This document shows positions 50,005 to 61,381 of a DNA stretch of 64,000 nucleotides, in pieces. The stretch is from positions 1,123 through 65,122 of the forward strand of contig CALJLD010000243.1 of NCBI GenBank assembly GCA_937982665.1. Reading direction: 5' to 3'. The stretch's first letter is position 1; each line of letters opens with the position of its first letter. Position numbers and translations under genes: made by a program. The notes below the pieces were generated by a model, which did no database searches, was not told where the DNA came from, and saw only the letters and a program-made list of their open reading frames with translations. Source of the DNA: an uncultured Planctomycetales bacterium. Lineage in GTDB: Bacteria; Planctomycetota; Planctomycetia; Pirellulales; S012-138.

Positions 50005-51462
50005 ATGTGTTTTCCCGCCAACAGAATATTTTTTGCTTCTCGTTGTGCCGGCTTTCTTGCCGTGGCTGCGCTCTCTTGTTTATTTCCGTCATTGGGTTTC
50101 GCAAGTGGAATCCCGCTACCGGCGGAAGCCCCGGTTGAGATTCACGGGTGTTGGCAGCAACTGGACGATGGGCGGCTGCTTGAGATATCTAAGGATTCCG
50201 CCGATTTCTTTCACCACAGCCAACTAGTCACCTATAAGGCTACCCCCGCATCTGGCTTGCCATTGGCTGAAAGTTACTCTAGCTACGAACTCAAAAATGC
50301 GGGAGCGACCTTGTTGCTGTGGCGAGATGACTATGGCGACAAGTTTGACGGGTTCTACCACGAGGAATTTCGCAGGATCGACCACCTACCAGAATCTGTC
50401 GTTCTCGAACCAGAAACAGATGCGAGGTTTTCCGATCCCAAGTTCGTGTTTGATCTCGTGTGCGAGCAATTTGACGTCCATTTTCCACACTTTGAGCGAC
50501 GCCAATTCGATTGGGAATCGCGGAAACGCAAATTCCGCCAGCAACTCACGGACGAGATGTCTCTTGCTCAATTGGATGAGTTGCTCTGCCAAATGCTCAA
50601 AGGGCTGGGCGACAGCCATACGCGCATCTATTCCGAAGGACGCGATCGGCCGTTCAAGTCTGGTGAGGCCAAAATCGTCGGGTATTTCGACTCAGCATTT
50701 GCCCAGCAGACAGAATTCGCGGAACGTGGAGATTTTGTCCGCGCGTGGGCGAAACAAATGAAGTCGAGTGCAGAGGCGCTTGCTGAAGATCGTTCGCTCA
50801 AGACGGCCGCGAATGGGCGATTTCGATGGGGAGTTTTTCAGGGCAATGTCGGCTATATCGAGTTAGAAACGATCACCGGTTTTCATCCTTCCGGTTTGAA
50901 GCGACCCGAGGAAATTGAATTCCTCGGTAGCGAACTTGACCGCATGCTCTTTGAATTGAAAGATTGCCGTGCGATCATTTTCGACTTGAGTTTCAATGGG
51001 GGTGGATATGACCCCGCAAGTTGGGTGATTGCCAGTCGTTTTGCCGACCGTCGCAGGCACGTTTTGAGTTTTAACGCCGCGCAAAGAAATACTCCGTCGC
51101 GCAAATGCTTTGTGGGGCCCGCCGGTGAGATTCAATTTACAAAGCCGGTGTATGTGTTGACGACCAACGGGACAGTAAGTTCCGGTGAAATCCTCGTCAT
51201 GATGCTCAAGGCTTTCCCCCACGTGACGCATGTCGGTGAGACAACGAGAGGATGCTTGTCGAGTTTTCTGAATAAATGGATGCCCAACGGGTTGCACATT
51301 ACTTTGTCAAACGAGACATATGCTGCTCCTGATGGCAGCGTTTATGAAGGTGTTGGAATTTCACCTGAGATTGAGTTCCCCGTTTTTTCTGAAGAGTCGT
51401 TGTTCGACAGTTACCCCGCCGCGCTGAAGAAGGCTCTTCAACTAGCAATGAACGGAGAGTAA
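50005..51462 (+). CDS. S41 family (tail-specific-like) peptidase
   Basis: Signal-like N-terminus. The C-terminal block VLTTNGTVSSGEILVMMLKAF resembles the S41 catalytic Ser region. Confidence 0.7.
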   Translation: MCFPANRIFFASRCAGFLAVAALSCLFPSLGFASGIPLPAEAPVEIHGCWQQLDDGRLLEISKDSADFFHHSQLVTYKATPASGLPLAESYSSYELKNAGATLLLWRDDYGDKFDGFYHEEFRRIDHLPESVVLEPETDARFSDPKFVFDLVCEQFDVHFPHFERRQFDWESRKRKFRQQLTDEMSLAQLDELLCQMLKGLGDSHTRIYSEGRDRPFKSGEAKIVGYFDSAFAQQTEFAERGDFVRAWAKQMKSSAEALAEDRSLKTAANGRFRWGVFQGNVGYIELETITGFHPSGLKRPEEIEFLGSELDRMLFELKDCRAIIFDLSFNGGGYDPASWVIASRFADRRRHVLSFNAAQRNTPSRKCFVGPAGEIQFTKPVYVLTTNGTVSSGEILVMMLKAFPHVTHVGETTRGCLSSFLNKWMPNGLHITLSNETYAAPDGSVYEGVGISPEIEFPVFSEESLFDSYPAALKKALQLAMNGE

Positions 51463-51507
51463 CCGCCATGGCACATTTTTTTTGACTTCAGCCCAGGACT
51501 ATTGCAG

Positions 51508-52992
51508 ATGAATCGAACTGTTCTTGCCTTTGCCGGCGTGGCGCTGTTTGCCTGCCTAAGCAACACGCTTTGCGCCCAAGACTTCGCAACCGCCAAGATG
51601 CAGAACTGGCATCATTGGCGCGGTCCATTGGTCAACGGAACCGCTCCAGAAGCCAACCCGCCGTTGGAGTGGAGCGAGAGCAAAAATGTTAAGTGGAAAG
51701 TGGAGATTCCTGGTCAGGGAAGCGCCACACCAATCATTTGGGGAAACAAGGTCTTTGTCGTATCGGCCATTGATACAGGCAAGGAGCCAGAAGATGCGAA
51801 TGGTGAAGGTGCTTCCGACGCAATCCGTGCGCGCGATGACGGGCAATCGCTTGAACCGCAGGGACAAGGGCAAGGTCAGGGTCGTGGACAACAAGGCCGC
51901 GGCCAACGTGGCCAAGGCCGCGGTCAACGAGGTCAGGGTCGAGGTCGTGGCGGCTTTGGACAAGGTCGTGGCGGGCGAGGCGGCGGTCCTTCGACGGTCT
52001 ACCAATTTGAGGTGCTGTGCTTGAACCGCGACAACGGAGAGGTCATCTGGCAACAAACGGCCAACGAGCTTGTGCCGCATGAAAGCAAACACAGTGACAA
52101 CACCTACGCCTCGGCTTCGCCAACAACTGATGGCGAGCACTTGTATGTCTCCTTCGGATCTCGCGGCATCTATTGCTTTGACTTGGACGGCAACCTGCAA
52201 TGGAGCCGTGACCTGGGCCAAATGCAGACTCGCAACGGTTTTGGCGAAGGCGCTTCGCCAGTCATCCATGGCGATACGCTCATCGTTACTTGGGATCATG
52301 AAGGTGACTCGTCCCTTTATGCTCTCAATGCTGCCAATGGCGAAACTCGCTGGCAAATCGAACGCGATGAACGGACGACTTGGAATACGCCCCTGGTTGT
52401 CGAGTATGATGGCGTGACGCAGGTTATCGTCAACGGCGGCATCTCTCGCAGTTATGACATCAAGGACGGGACGTTGCTGTGGGAATGCGGCGGCCAGGCG
52501 GCCAACCCCATTCCTTCGCCGGTTGCCAAAGACGGCACGGTGTTTTGCATGACCGGGTATCGCGGCTATGCCTTGTATGCGATTCCGCTGAATTCCAAGG
52601 GCGATGTCACCGATTCCGACACGATTGTTTGGACGCGTGACGACAGCACGCCGTATGTTCCTTCGCCGTTGCTGTACGGAGATTTGCTGTACTTCACCAA
52701 GAGCAACAACGCACTGCTCACGTGTGTGGATGCCGCAACCGGCGAAGTCCACTACGAGAACGAACGCTTGCAAGGGGTTCGCAATCTGTATGCCAGCCCA
52801 GTTGGCGCGGGCGATCATGTGTATATCACGGACCGTGATGGCGTAACGCTTGTCTTGGCAACCGGCCCGGAATTGAATGTTGTCGCCACCAACGTGCTCG
52901 ATGAACCAATCGATGCTTCGCCAGCGATTGTTGGCAATCAAATCTTCCTGCGCAGCGGAAGCCATTTGTATTGCATTGAGGAATCCAACTAG
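51508..52992 (+). CDS. PQQ-like beta-propeller repeat protein with a Gly/Arg/Gln low-complexity insertion
   Basis: Signal peptide. Repeated WxxxxxG...SP..xG..lY motifs, typical of PQQ/BamB-like propellers. GQGRGQ/RGG tract at 51856-51990. Confidence 0.8.
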   Translation: MNRTVLAFAGVALFACLSNTLCAQDFATAKMQNWHHWRGPLVNGTAPEANPPLEWSESKNVKWKVEIPGQGSATPIIWGNKVFVVSAIDTGKEPEDANGEGASDAIRARDDGQSLEPQGQGQGQGRGQQGRGQRGQGRGQRGQGRGRGGFGQGRGGRGGGPSTVYQFEVLCLNRDNGEVIWQQTANELVPHESKHSDNTYASASPTTDGEHLYVSFGSRGIYCFDLDGNLQWSRDLGQMQTRNGFGEGASPVIHGDTLIVTWDHEGDSSLYALNAANGETRWQIERDERTTWNTPLVVEYDGVTQVIVNGGISRSYDIKDGTLLWECGGQAANPIPSPVAKDGTVFCMTGYRGYALYAIPLNSKGDVTDSDTIVWTRDDSTPYVPSPLLYGDLLYFTKSNNALLTCVDAATGEVHYENERLQGVRNLYASPVGAGDHVYITDRDGVTLVLATGPELNVVATNVLDEPIDASPAIVGNQIFLRSGSHLYCIEESN

Positions 52993-53025
52993 CACCCGGA
53001 TTCGGCAAAGCTGAATAGATTGCAA

Positions 53026-53067
53026 CTGGGCGGATTGTGCTTCGGCATGATTCGCCCAGTTTCTTTT
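53026..53067 (+). terminator. intrinsic terminator
   Basis: CTGGGCGGAT ... ATTCGCCCAG long stem (one mismatch) with an inner TGC-TTCG-GCA. TTTCTTTT follows. Lies 34 nt after the stop of the propeller gene. Confidence 0.65.
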
Positions 53068-53367
53068 GATGTGAGAAAAACTTCACGAATTCGGATTTGT
53101 TGCGATAACGCAACACACTCGTTTGCGAAGTCGCTGATTGTGTTGTTTTTTCGTCGATAGCATTGTTGATTTTCGGCAGGCGGCCGCTCGAAGTGCCGCG
53201 GACTGCCGTTTCGCGCAAATGCATAAGCTACCTTTGAAGTGACCCCTTTGCGCGTTTGCGCGGGCTCTTGCCTGCAACTCCAGGACTGCAAGGCGGGGCA
53301 GATCTAAATCAAGCCGTGCGATTGCCGGTTCTCGGCCATCGCTGGCAATGCCGACGAGAGCGTAATT

Positions 53368-54780
53368 ATGACAACAATACGAAGACTTCGCGGAAACAGA
53401 ACCAAATCGCTGCAATCGCGGCGGGGCACAATGCTTGTCCTTTCAACCGTATTCCTGGTCATTATGATTGGGTTTATTGCGCTTGCTTTGGACACCGGCT
53501 ATATTGCGTCCGTCAAGACAGAGCTGAAACGCGCGACAGACGCTGGAGCCTTGGCGGGTGCTGGCGCGTTAGTTGACGGGCAAGAGTCAGCAACAGAGGA
53601 AGTGCTTGAGTTCATCCAAGCCAATTCCGTTGGCGGAAGAACCATTGATGCGGACGACATCACCATCACGTATGGCAGTTGGGATCCGCAGACCGGATCC
53701 TTTACAGCCGGTGGTGACCTCCCGTCGGCCGTCCGGGTGCAGGTCAACCTCAATGATTCGCCTTTGTTCTTCGCACGCATCTTTGGCCAGGAGGACTTTG
53801 ATCTGGCTGATGAGTCCATCGCTATGTACCAGCCGCGAGACATCATGCTCGTGCTGGACTACTCTGGCTCAATGAATGACGACAGCGAGTTGAAGTCTGA
53901 GGGCTCAATGGGTTGGTCAGCCATTGACACCAACATGCAGGAAATCTACGCGGAACTTGGCAGTCCCACGTTCGGCAGCATGCAGTGGGATCAGTCTTTG
54001 CCGTCCTATTGGAGCAACTCGTACGTCCGCTCCTACCTTGGCTTGAATAGCGTTTCATACCCCTATCCCGGCGGAAGCTGGTCGGATTACGTCAGCTATG
54101 TACAGGGCAGCAGCATTCCAGACGATTACGAAGACCACTTCGGTTATAAGACGTGGATCAACTACTTACTGGCACGGCGAGAATCCTACTCTGAAACGCC
54201 TGACTTGTGGATGACCAGCGAGCAGCCGATCACGGCGTTGAAGAATTCCGTCACGGTTTTCATGGCCTACATCCAAGAAGTGGATACCGACGATCGCCTG
54301 GGTCTGTCGGTCTACACCGCGAGCGACGGCACAGCCGTTCTCGAGCACGAACTCACGAATGACTTTGATGCGGTAGAAACAACATCGCGACAAAGACAAG
54401 CCGGCCATTACCAGGCTTACACCAACATTGGTGATGGTATGGCAACGGCTCTGGAAGAGATTCAAGAGCATGGCCGCACCGGCGCGTTCAAGATGATCGT
54501 GCTGATGACCGATGGTATCGCGAATCGCCCCTACAACACCAGCTACGCTGAGGACTACGCCCTCGACAAAGCACAAGAATGCGCGGACGCCGGCGTTCCC
54601 GTTGTGACTATCAGTCTGGGCGCGGGCGCCGACATCGATTTGATGGATTCCATCGCCAACTTAACCGGCGGAGTCCACTTCAACATCCCCGGCGGTCAAA
54701 CCGTTGAGGACTATGAAGAGGATCTCAAAGACGCTTTCCGAGAGATCGCTGACGATCGTCCGCTCAAGTTGGTCAAGTAA
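53368..54780 (+). CDS. TadG-like (Tad_N) N-terminal anchor fused to a vWA domain
   Basis: RRGTMLVLSTVFLVIMIGFIALALDTGYI...LKRATDAGALAG resembles the TadE/TadG N-terminal region. vWA MIDAS block DIMLVLDYSGSM. Confidence 0.78.
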   Translation: MTTIRRLRGNRTKSLQSRRGTMLVLSTVFLVIMIGFIALALDTGYIASVKTELKRATDAGALAGAGALVDGQESATEEVLEFIQANSVGGRTIDADDITITYGSWDPQTGSFTAGGDLPSAVRVQVNLNDSPLFFARIFGQEDFDLADESIAMYQPRDIMLVLDYSGSMNDDSELKSEGSMGWSAIDTNMQEIYAELGSPTFGSMQWDQSLPSYWSNSYVRSYLGLNSVSYPYPGGSWSDYVSYVQGSSIPDDYEDHFGYKTWINYLLARRESYSETPDLWMTSEQPITALKNSVTVFMAYIQEVDTDDRLGLSVYTASDGTAVLEHELTNDFDAVETTSRQRQAGHYQAYTNIGDGMATALEEIQEHGRTGAFKMIVLMTDGIANRPYNTSYAEDYALDKAQECADAGVPVVTISLGAGADIDLMDSIANLTGGVHFNIPGGQTVEDYEEDLKDAFREIADDRPLKLVK

Positions 54781-54808
54781 GTTCGTCGCAGAATTGAAAT
54801 TTCATTTC

Positions 54809-54840
54809 GGGCTTGGATTAATTCCAAGCCCGTTTTTCTT
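54809..54840 (+). terminator. intrinsic terminator
   Basis: GGGCTTGGA-TTAAT-TCCAAGCCC followed by GTTTTTCTT. Lies 29 nt after the stop. Confidence 0.85.
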
Positions 54841-54968
54841 GCGCGTGCCTCAAGCAGCGGAAATCAAATCGCCTCAATAGATCGCCAAGAACAATTCAGC
54901 CGTTGACAGCTGCGCAGCTTCCAGTGAGATTCTTGTCATTGCGAGAAATCATCTCACTCACGTTGTAG

Positions 54969-56993
<2,025 letters not shown>

Positions 56994-57219
56994 CGTAGAT
57001 GCGCCGATCGAAGGTGGGAAAGAGAGCGGCAATCGCGCGGAACCCTGTCTCGACTTCCTTGTCGAGACGAGCCAGGCGTTGCGGCCGTGAAAAGCTGCTG
57101 TTTGCCCGAAGCGGGCTAGGCCAACGAACGGCCGGGTCTAAGATTCACGGCTTCGGGCGTTCGCGGTTGGTCAGCGAATGTCCCGAACTGGGCCTGGACC
57201 TGGGGTCGCCGGAAAGGCG

Positions 57220-57259
57220 AAAAAACTGGCCCCGCAGGGCGGGTAACCTGTCGGGGCCA
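57220..57259 (-). terminator. orphan intrinsic terminator on the minus strand
   Basis: The minus strand reads TGGCCCCG-ACAGG-TTACCCGC-CCTG-CGGGGCCA followed by GTTTTTTCGCC. No minus-strand CDS lies upstream of it. Confidence 0.6.
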
Positions 57260-57416
57260 CTGGGTCCGTTTGATTGGATCAATCGCACAAGGCGCGCCAA
57301 TCTGGTGAGTTTTTTCGCGGATGGCCCGCATTCGGGTCACAAACTGAATTCCTTCAAGGATTTGCGACTTGAGTCAAAATCGGCCGGTTTTTGATTTGGG
57401 TTCGGCATTGTAAGAG

Positions 57417-58442
57417 TTGCAAATGCAGGACGGCATTGCTGCCAACCTTGCGGTTGCCCGGTTCTCCGCGAAGCGAGCGAACGCTACAACGGAGTGCCCA
57501 ACCTCTTCCACGATTTCCACAACTGTGAATACAGAGAAGCAAACTCGTTCGTACTTGATGCGACGCTTCAAGGAAGCGGGCATTAACCCCAAGACGCGCT
57601 TCGGCCAAAACTTCCTCATCGACCTCAACCTGCTGCGGCTGCTGTTCGAATCGGCCCAGATCAGCGGGAACGACGTTGTGTTGGAAGTGGGTACCGGAAC
57701 TGGCAGCTTGACCGCGTTGATGGCAGGCGTTGCAGCCCGAGTTATTTCGCTGGAAGTGGATCGAGAGATGTTCCAGCTCGCCGGCGAGGAATTGGCCAAC
57801 TTTGATAACGTGCGGCTAATGCGACGTGACGTCCTCAAGAACAAGAACCGCTTTGCGCCGGAATTAGAGCAGGCGATTGACGAAGAATTGCAGTCGGTTG
57901 GGGCAGACGCTGGTTTCAAGCTGGTGGCCAACTTGCCCTACAACGTGGCCACGCCAATCATCTCCAATCTTCTGCTGGTGGACCGGCCACCAGACTCGAT
58001 GACGATCACGATTCAGAAGGAGCTGGCAGACCGCCTTGCTGCGCCACCTAGCACGAAGGATTATGGCGCCCTTTCCGTATGGGTGCAGTCACAATGCCAG
58101 GTAGAAATCGTGCGGATCATGCCGCCATCAGTGTTTTGGCCCAGACCCAAAGTTCACTCGGCAATTGTGCAGATTACCTTGCAGCCAGAGCGGCGCGAGC
58201 GAATTCCAGACTTGGTCTTTTTCCACTCCACATTGCGGGCGCTTTTTCTGCACCGCCGCAAATTCTTGCGAAGCGTCACGCAAAGTGCATTTAAGCACCG
58301 ACTTGAGAAGGCAAAAGTGGACGAGGCGCTTCAGGAAGCAGGCTTCGCCGGAGACCTACGTGCCGAAGCGCTTTCAGTCGAGCAGCTCTTGCACTTGGTC
58401 GAAGTACTTCGCGGGCGGGTGTCGCAGCCGAGCGATAGTTAA
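57417..58442 (+). CDS. rsmA: 16S rRNA (adenine1518/1519-N6)-dimethyltransferase
   Basis: FGQNFLID, VLEVGTGTGSLT (SAM binding) and NLPYNVATP. N-terminal extension of about 45 aa, so the start is uncertain. Confidence 0.9.
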   Translation: MQMQDGIAANLAVARFSAKRANATTECPTSSTISTTVNTEKQTRSYLMRRFKEAGINPKTRFGQNFLIDLNLLRLLFESAQISGNDVVLEVGTGTGSLTALMAGVAARVISLEVDREMFQLAGEELANFDNVRLMRRDVLKNKNRFAPELEQAIDEELQSVGADAGFKLVANLPYNVATPIISNLLLVDRPPDSMTITIQKELADRLAAPPSTKDYGALSVWVQSQCQVEIVRIMPPSVFWPRPKVHSAIVQITLQPERRERIPDLVFFHSTLRALFLHRRKFLRSVTQSAFKHRLEKAKVDEALQEAGFAGDLRAEALSVEQLLHLVEVLRGRVSQPSDS

Positions 58443-58469
58443 TCGCAAGCGTATGGCTTTGCGTTGCCG

Positions 58470-58871
58470 CTATTGGATCATCTTGTCGAGTTGATTCCGC
58501 ATTTGGTCAATTCGGTCCGCCTGCGGGTGGAAGCGCATGACTTCCTCTCCATTCTGGAAAAAGATCACAGTTGGAATTGCATTAATTCCATACGCTTGTG
58601 CAATGTCTTGCGCTTGGTCCGTATCCAACTTGGCCACAACTGCCCGGCCTTCGAACTCGACGGCGACTTGCGAAATCGCTGGAGCAACAGCGTGGCAAGG
58701 ACCGCACCAATCGGCCCAAAAATCGACCATCACTGGCTTGTCGGAATTCAGCACGACCTCCTCAAAGTTCCCGGAATCCACGTTCACATAGGGCCCGCTC
58801 TCTTGGCAACCGCCGGCCAAAACGGCACACGCAATTGCTAGCCAGGCAGCGAAGGATCGTTTGCGATTCAT
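58470..58871 (-). CDS. thioredoxin-family lipoprotein
   Basis: Lipobox LAGGC in MNRKRSFAAWLAIACAVLAGGCQ. Active site WADWCGPCH. Confidence 0.88.
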   Translation of the reverse strand: MNRKRSFAAWLAIACAVLAGGCQESGPYVNVDSGNFEEVVLNSDKPVMVDFWADWCGPCHAVAPAISQVAVEFEGRAVVAKLDTDQAQDIAQAYGINAIPTVIFFQNGEEVMRFHPQADRIDQMRNQLDKMIQ

Positions 58872-59142
58872 GGTGAACGAGTGATTTTGGGCAATTGGTT
58901 TGTAAACCGGCAATTTCGCAAGTCTACGTCTAATCAGATGGCGAAGTACAGATCCGCAGTCGTGAAAACCTCGCAAAAAGTGAGTTTTTGGCTATACACC
59001 GCTAGCTATGCTAGCTAGCTTACAGTTCTGCGCAAAGAAACTGGTTGCCGGGACTCTGCCGATTATTCGGCCGAGTCGTGTCACATCTTACCGGTGGCCA
59101 GAAATCACATCTGTGTTTCCACGAGTTGAGTCGAGCTCTTCA

Positions 59143-60051
59143 ATGCGTCACCGCGCTCTGATTGGTTCCCTGGTTGTTCTGCTAGGGATTTGTCTTGCTC
59201 CAACCCAGGCTGGTTTGATCATCCAGCGCAATTTCACCGGCGGCGCTGCGCCAGGCAACATGGCCGGCGGCGGCAATCTCATCAACGTCTTCAATCGTGC
59301 GGCGGACTGGTGGGAGTCGGCTTACACGGATCCCAATGGCGATGGGACAGACTTCAACCTGTCGATCGATTACCAATGGGCAGGTTTGGGCGGAGGAACG
59401 CTTGGTGTGCATCAGCTGACAGGCCAGGGCGGTTCGCCCAACCGCGAAACATCGGCGTTTATCCGCTTTGATAACGATGGCAGTTCCGTTTGGTTTGCGG
59501 ACCCTACACCAGGCGACAACTCCGAATACACCAACTACAACGAATTCTCAAACGACTTCGGCGGCGGAGAGTTGAATTCCGGCCGAGTCTTCAGTGGCGC
59601 CACAGGATTCGCGAGCGGTCGCTTTGACCTGCTGACCGTTGCCTTGCACGAAATCGGTCACGCATTAGGTCTGAGTTCCGCCAATAACGCGTTTCAAGCC
59701 GAGAACGCTGATGGCGACATTGATGTGACAACTGGTCCGTGGGATGGCGGATTTGCCGGAACTGTTTTGAGCACACGGAACGGTGCGCACCTGGGCGATG
59801 CCGGCAACTCGACCAACAACGCGCTGTATCTCAACATGGAGATGTACCCTTTCGCCAGCGCCAGCATCCGCAAATTTGGAAGCGCCGCGGACATTCTCGC
59901 CAACGCCCAGATCAGCCGCTTCCACAATCCAGTGCTTGCACCCGCTCTGACGGCTGTGCCAGAGCCTGCCACCCTGGTCGTTTGGTCGATCCTCGGCTTA
60001 TGCGGTGCTGGCTATCACCGTCGCCGTCGTCGATCTGCCGCAGCGGCCTAA
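59143..60051 (+). CDS. PEP-CTERM-anchored metzincin-like zinc protease
   Basis: Signal peptide. HEIGHALGLSS (HEXXHXXG), a downstream Met-turn-like EMYPF, and a C-terminal VPEPATLVVWSILGLCGAGYHRRRRR (PEP-CTERM). Confidence 0.75.
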   Translation: MRHRALIGSLVVLLGICLAPTQAGLIIQRNFTGGAAPGNMAGGGNLINVFNRAADWWESAYTDPNGDGTDFNLSIDYQWAGLGGGTLGVHQLTGQGGSPNRETSAFIRFDNDGSSVWFADPTPGDNSEYTNYNEFSNDFGGGELNSGRVFSGATGFASGRFDLLTVALHEIGHALGLSSANNAFQAENADGDIDVTTGPWDGGFAGTVLSTRNGAHLGDAGNSTNNALYLNMEMYPFASASIRKFGSAADILANAQISRFHNPVLAPALTAVPEPATLVVWSILGLCGAGYHRRRRRSAAAA

Positions 60052-60297
60052 GTGCCTAAAGTGCAGTCAGTGGGGATAATTCTGTGCATAGTATGGCGCA
60101 CTCGCTTGGTCGCCCCACCGTGCGCAAATCCCGCGGTTTCGGCTTGCTAACCTTGCCGCCGTTTAGCACTCGCGTTGACCGAAGTTTCGGCCAGACCTAG
60201 AATTGAGGAAGATCAGCCGGTGCGGATTTGTCCGCAATCACGACTCTTTGTGGTGTCCGGCATCGTGGAAGAGGCACAATCTGCGGGGTCTGCGTCG

Positions 60298-61359
60298 ATG
60301 AATCAGCCAAAACCCCAAAGCTCACGGGCGCAAAGTCCTCAGCCGGACCAAAGCCGTCCTGAAGCTCAAGCTCAGACTTCGGGAACGCAGAATTCGGGAA
60401 CATCGTCCAATGATTCCAACCAACCCACCGACGTTGGCGGCAAGACCGCGCTTCCGTCGTGGGTGATCTCGGTCGTTCTGCACGTTGTCTTGATCATTGT
60501 CGCGGCAATGACAATTCAATTGGGGCCAGTCGGTATGCAAGCCGATGACTCCACCACAGTCGGTGGTGAGATCGTCCTCAAGCAAATGACCGATGAAGGC
60601 GAAAAGTTCTTTACGGAAGAAGCCGCCAACGCGCTCGATCAGCTTGCCGACACGCCAAGCCCCGATCCTCTCAGCGATGCGCCTTCGGTCACGCCAAGCA
60701 GTAATCCACTCGAGCTTGACCTCATCGGCGCAACTTCGGACACCTCAACTGCCAGCGGTGGCGGAGGTCTGGCTAACATTCTTGGCAATCCGGGACAGCC
60801 GAAAATCAAAGGCCACACCTCGCGAACAACTTTCATGTCGATGGAGGCCGAAGGGAACAGCTTCATCTACCTGATTGATCGTTCCGCCAGCATGGGCGAT
60901 GGCCGCCGACTGAACTATGCGATCTCTCAAGCCAAAGCCAGCCTGCGGCACTTGAATGAGAACACGCGGTTCCAAATCCTGTTCTACAACGATCAGGTCT
61001 TGCCGTTCCGCATTCCCGGCAAGTCAGACCAAATGCACTTTGCCACGCAACAAAACCTTGCGCTGGCCACGCGGTTTCTTGACGGCGTGCCGGCCAACAG
61101 CAGCACGAGAAGTCGCCAGGCAATCATCAAGGCGCTTTCGTACGGTCCGGACGTGATTTTCTTTCTGAGCGATTCACAAAGTAACTTAAGTTACATCGAT
61201 CTGGATTCCATTCGCCGCAAGAACAACGGTGGCAGCGTGTCAATCAACGTGATTGAATTCGCACCATCCAAGGGCGATCCGGCCACAAACAAGTTGGTGG
61301 AATTGGCCGGACAGAACAACGGCAAGTACACCTTTGTCGGTACCGGCAACATTGACTGA
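60298..61359 (+). CDS. TonB-like N-terminal anchor and spacer fused to a vWA (MIDAS) domain
   Basis: TM helix LPSWVISVVLHVVLIIVAAMTI with S-x3-H (compare E. coli TonB LLSVCIHGAVV). Pro/Ser/Asp-rich spacer. vWA block FIYLIDRSASMG and FFLSDSQ. Confidence 0.7.
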   Translation: MNQPKPQSSRAQSPQPDQSRPEAQAQTSGTQNSGTSSNDSNQPTDVGGKTALPSWVISVVLHVVLIIVAAMTIQLGPVGMQADDSTTVGGEIVLKQMTDEGEKFFTEEAANALDQLADTPSPDPLSDAPSVTPSSNPLELDLIGATSDTSTASGGGGLANILGNPGQPKIKGHTSRTTFMSMEAEGNSFIYLIDRSASMGDGRRLNYAISQAKASLRHLNENTRFQILFYNDQVLPFRIPGKSDQMHFATQQNLALATRFLDGVPANSSTRSRQAIIKALSYGPDVIFFLSDSQSNLSYIDLDSIRRKNNGGSVSINVIEFAPSKGDPATNKLVELAGQNNGKYTFVGTGNID

Positions 61360-61381
61360 TCACCCCAGGAATCTCCACGTT

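Noticed and set aside
51556-53025. 489-aa minus-strand ORF
   Set aside because: Antisense to the PQQ-like propeller gene. Only the plus frame has a signal peptide, repeat motifs and a downstream terminator.
56999-57394. 131-aa plus ORF and 74-aa minus ORF in the ligA-rsmA spacer
   Set aside because: The translations are Arg/Gly/Ser-rich with no SD. The minus ORF reads through its own strand's terminator hairpin.
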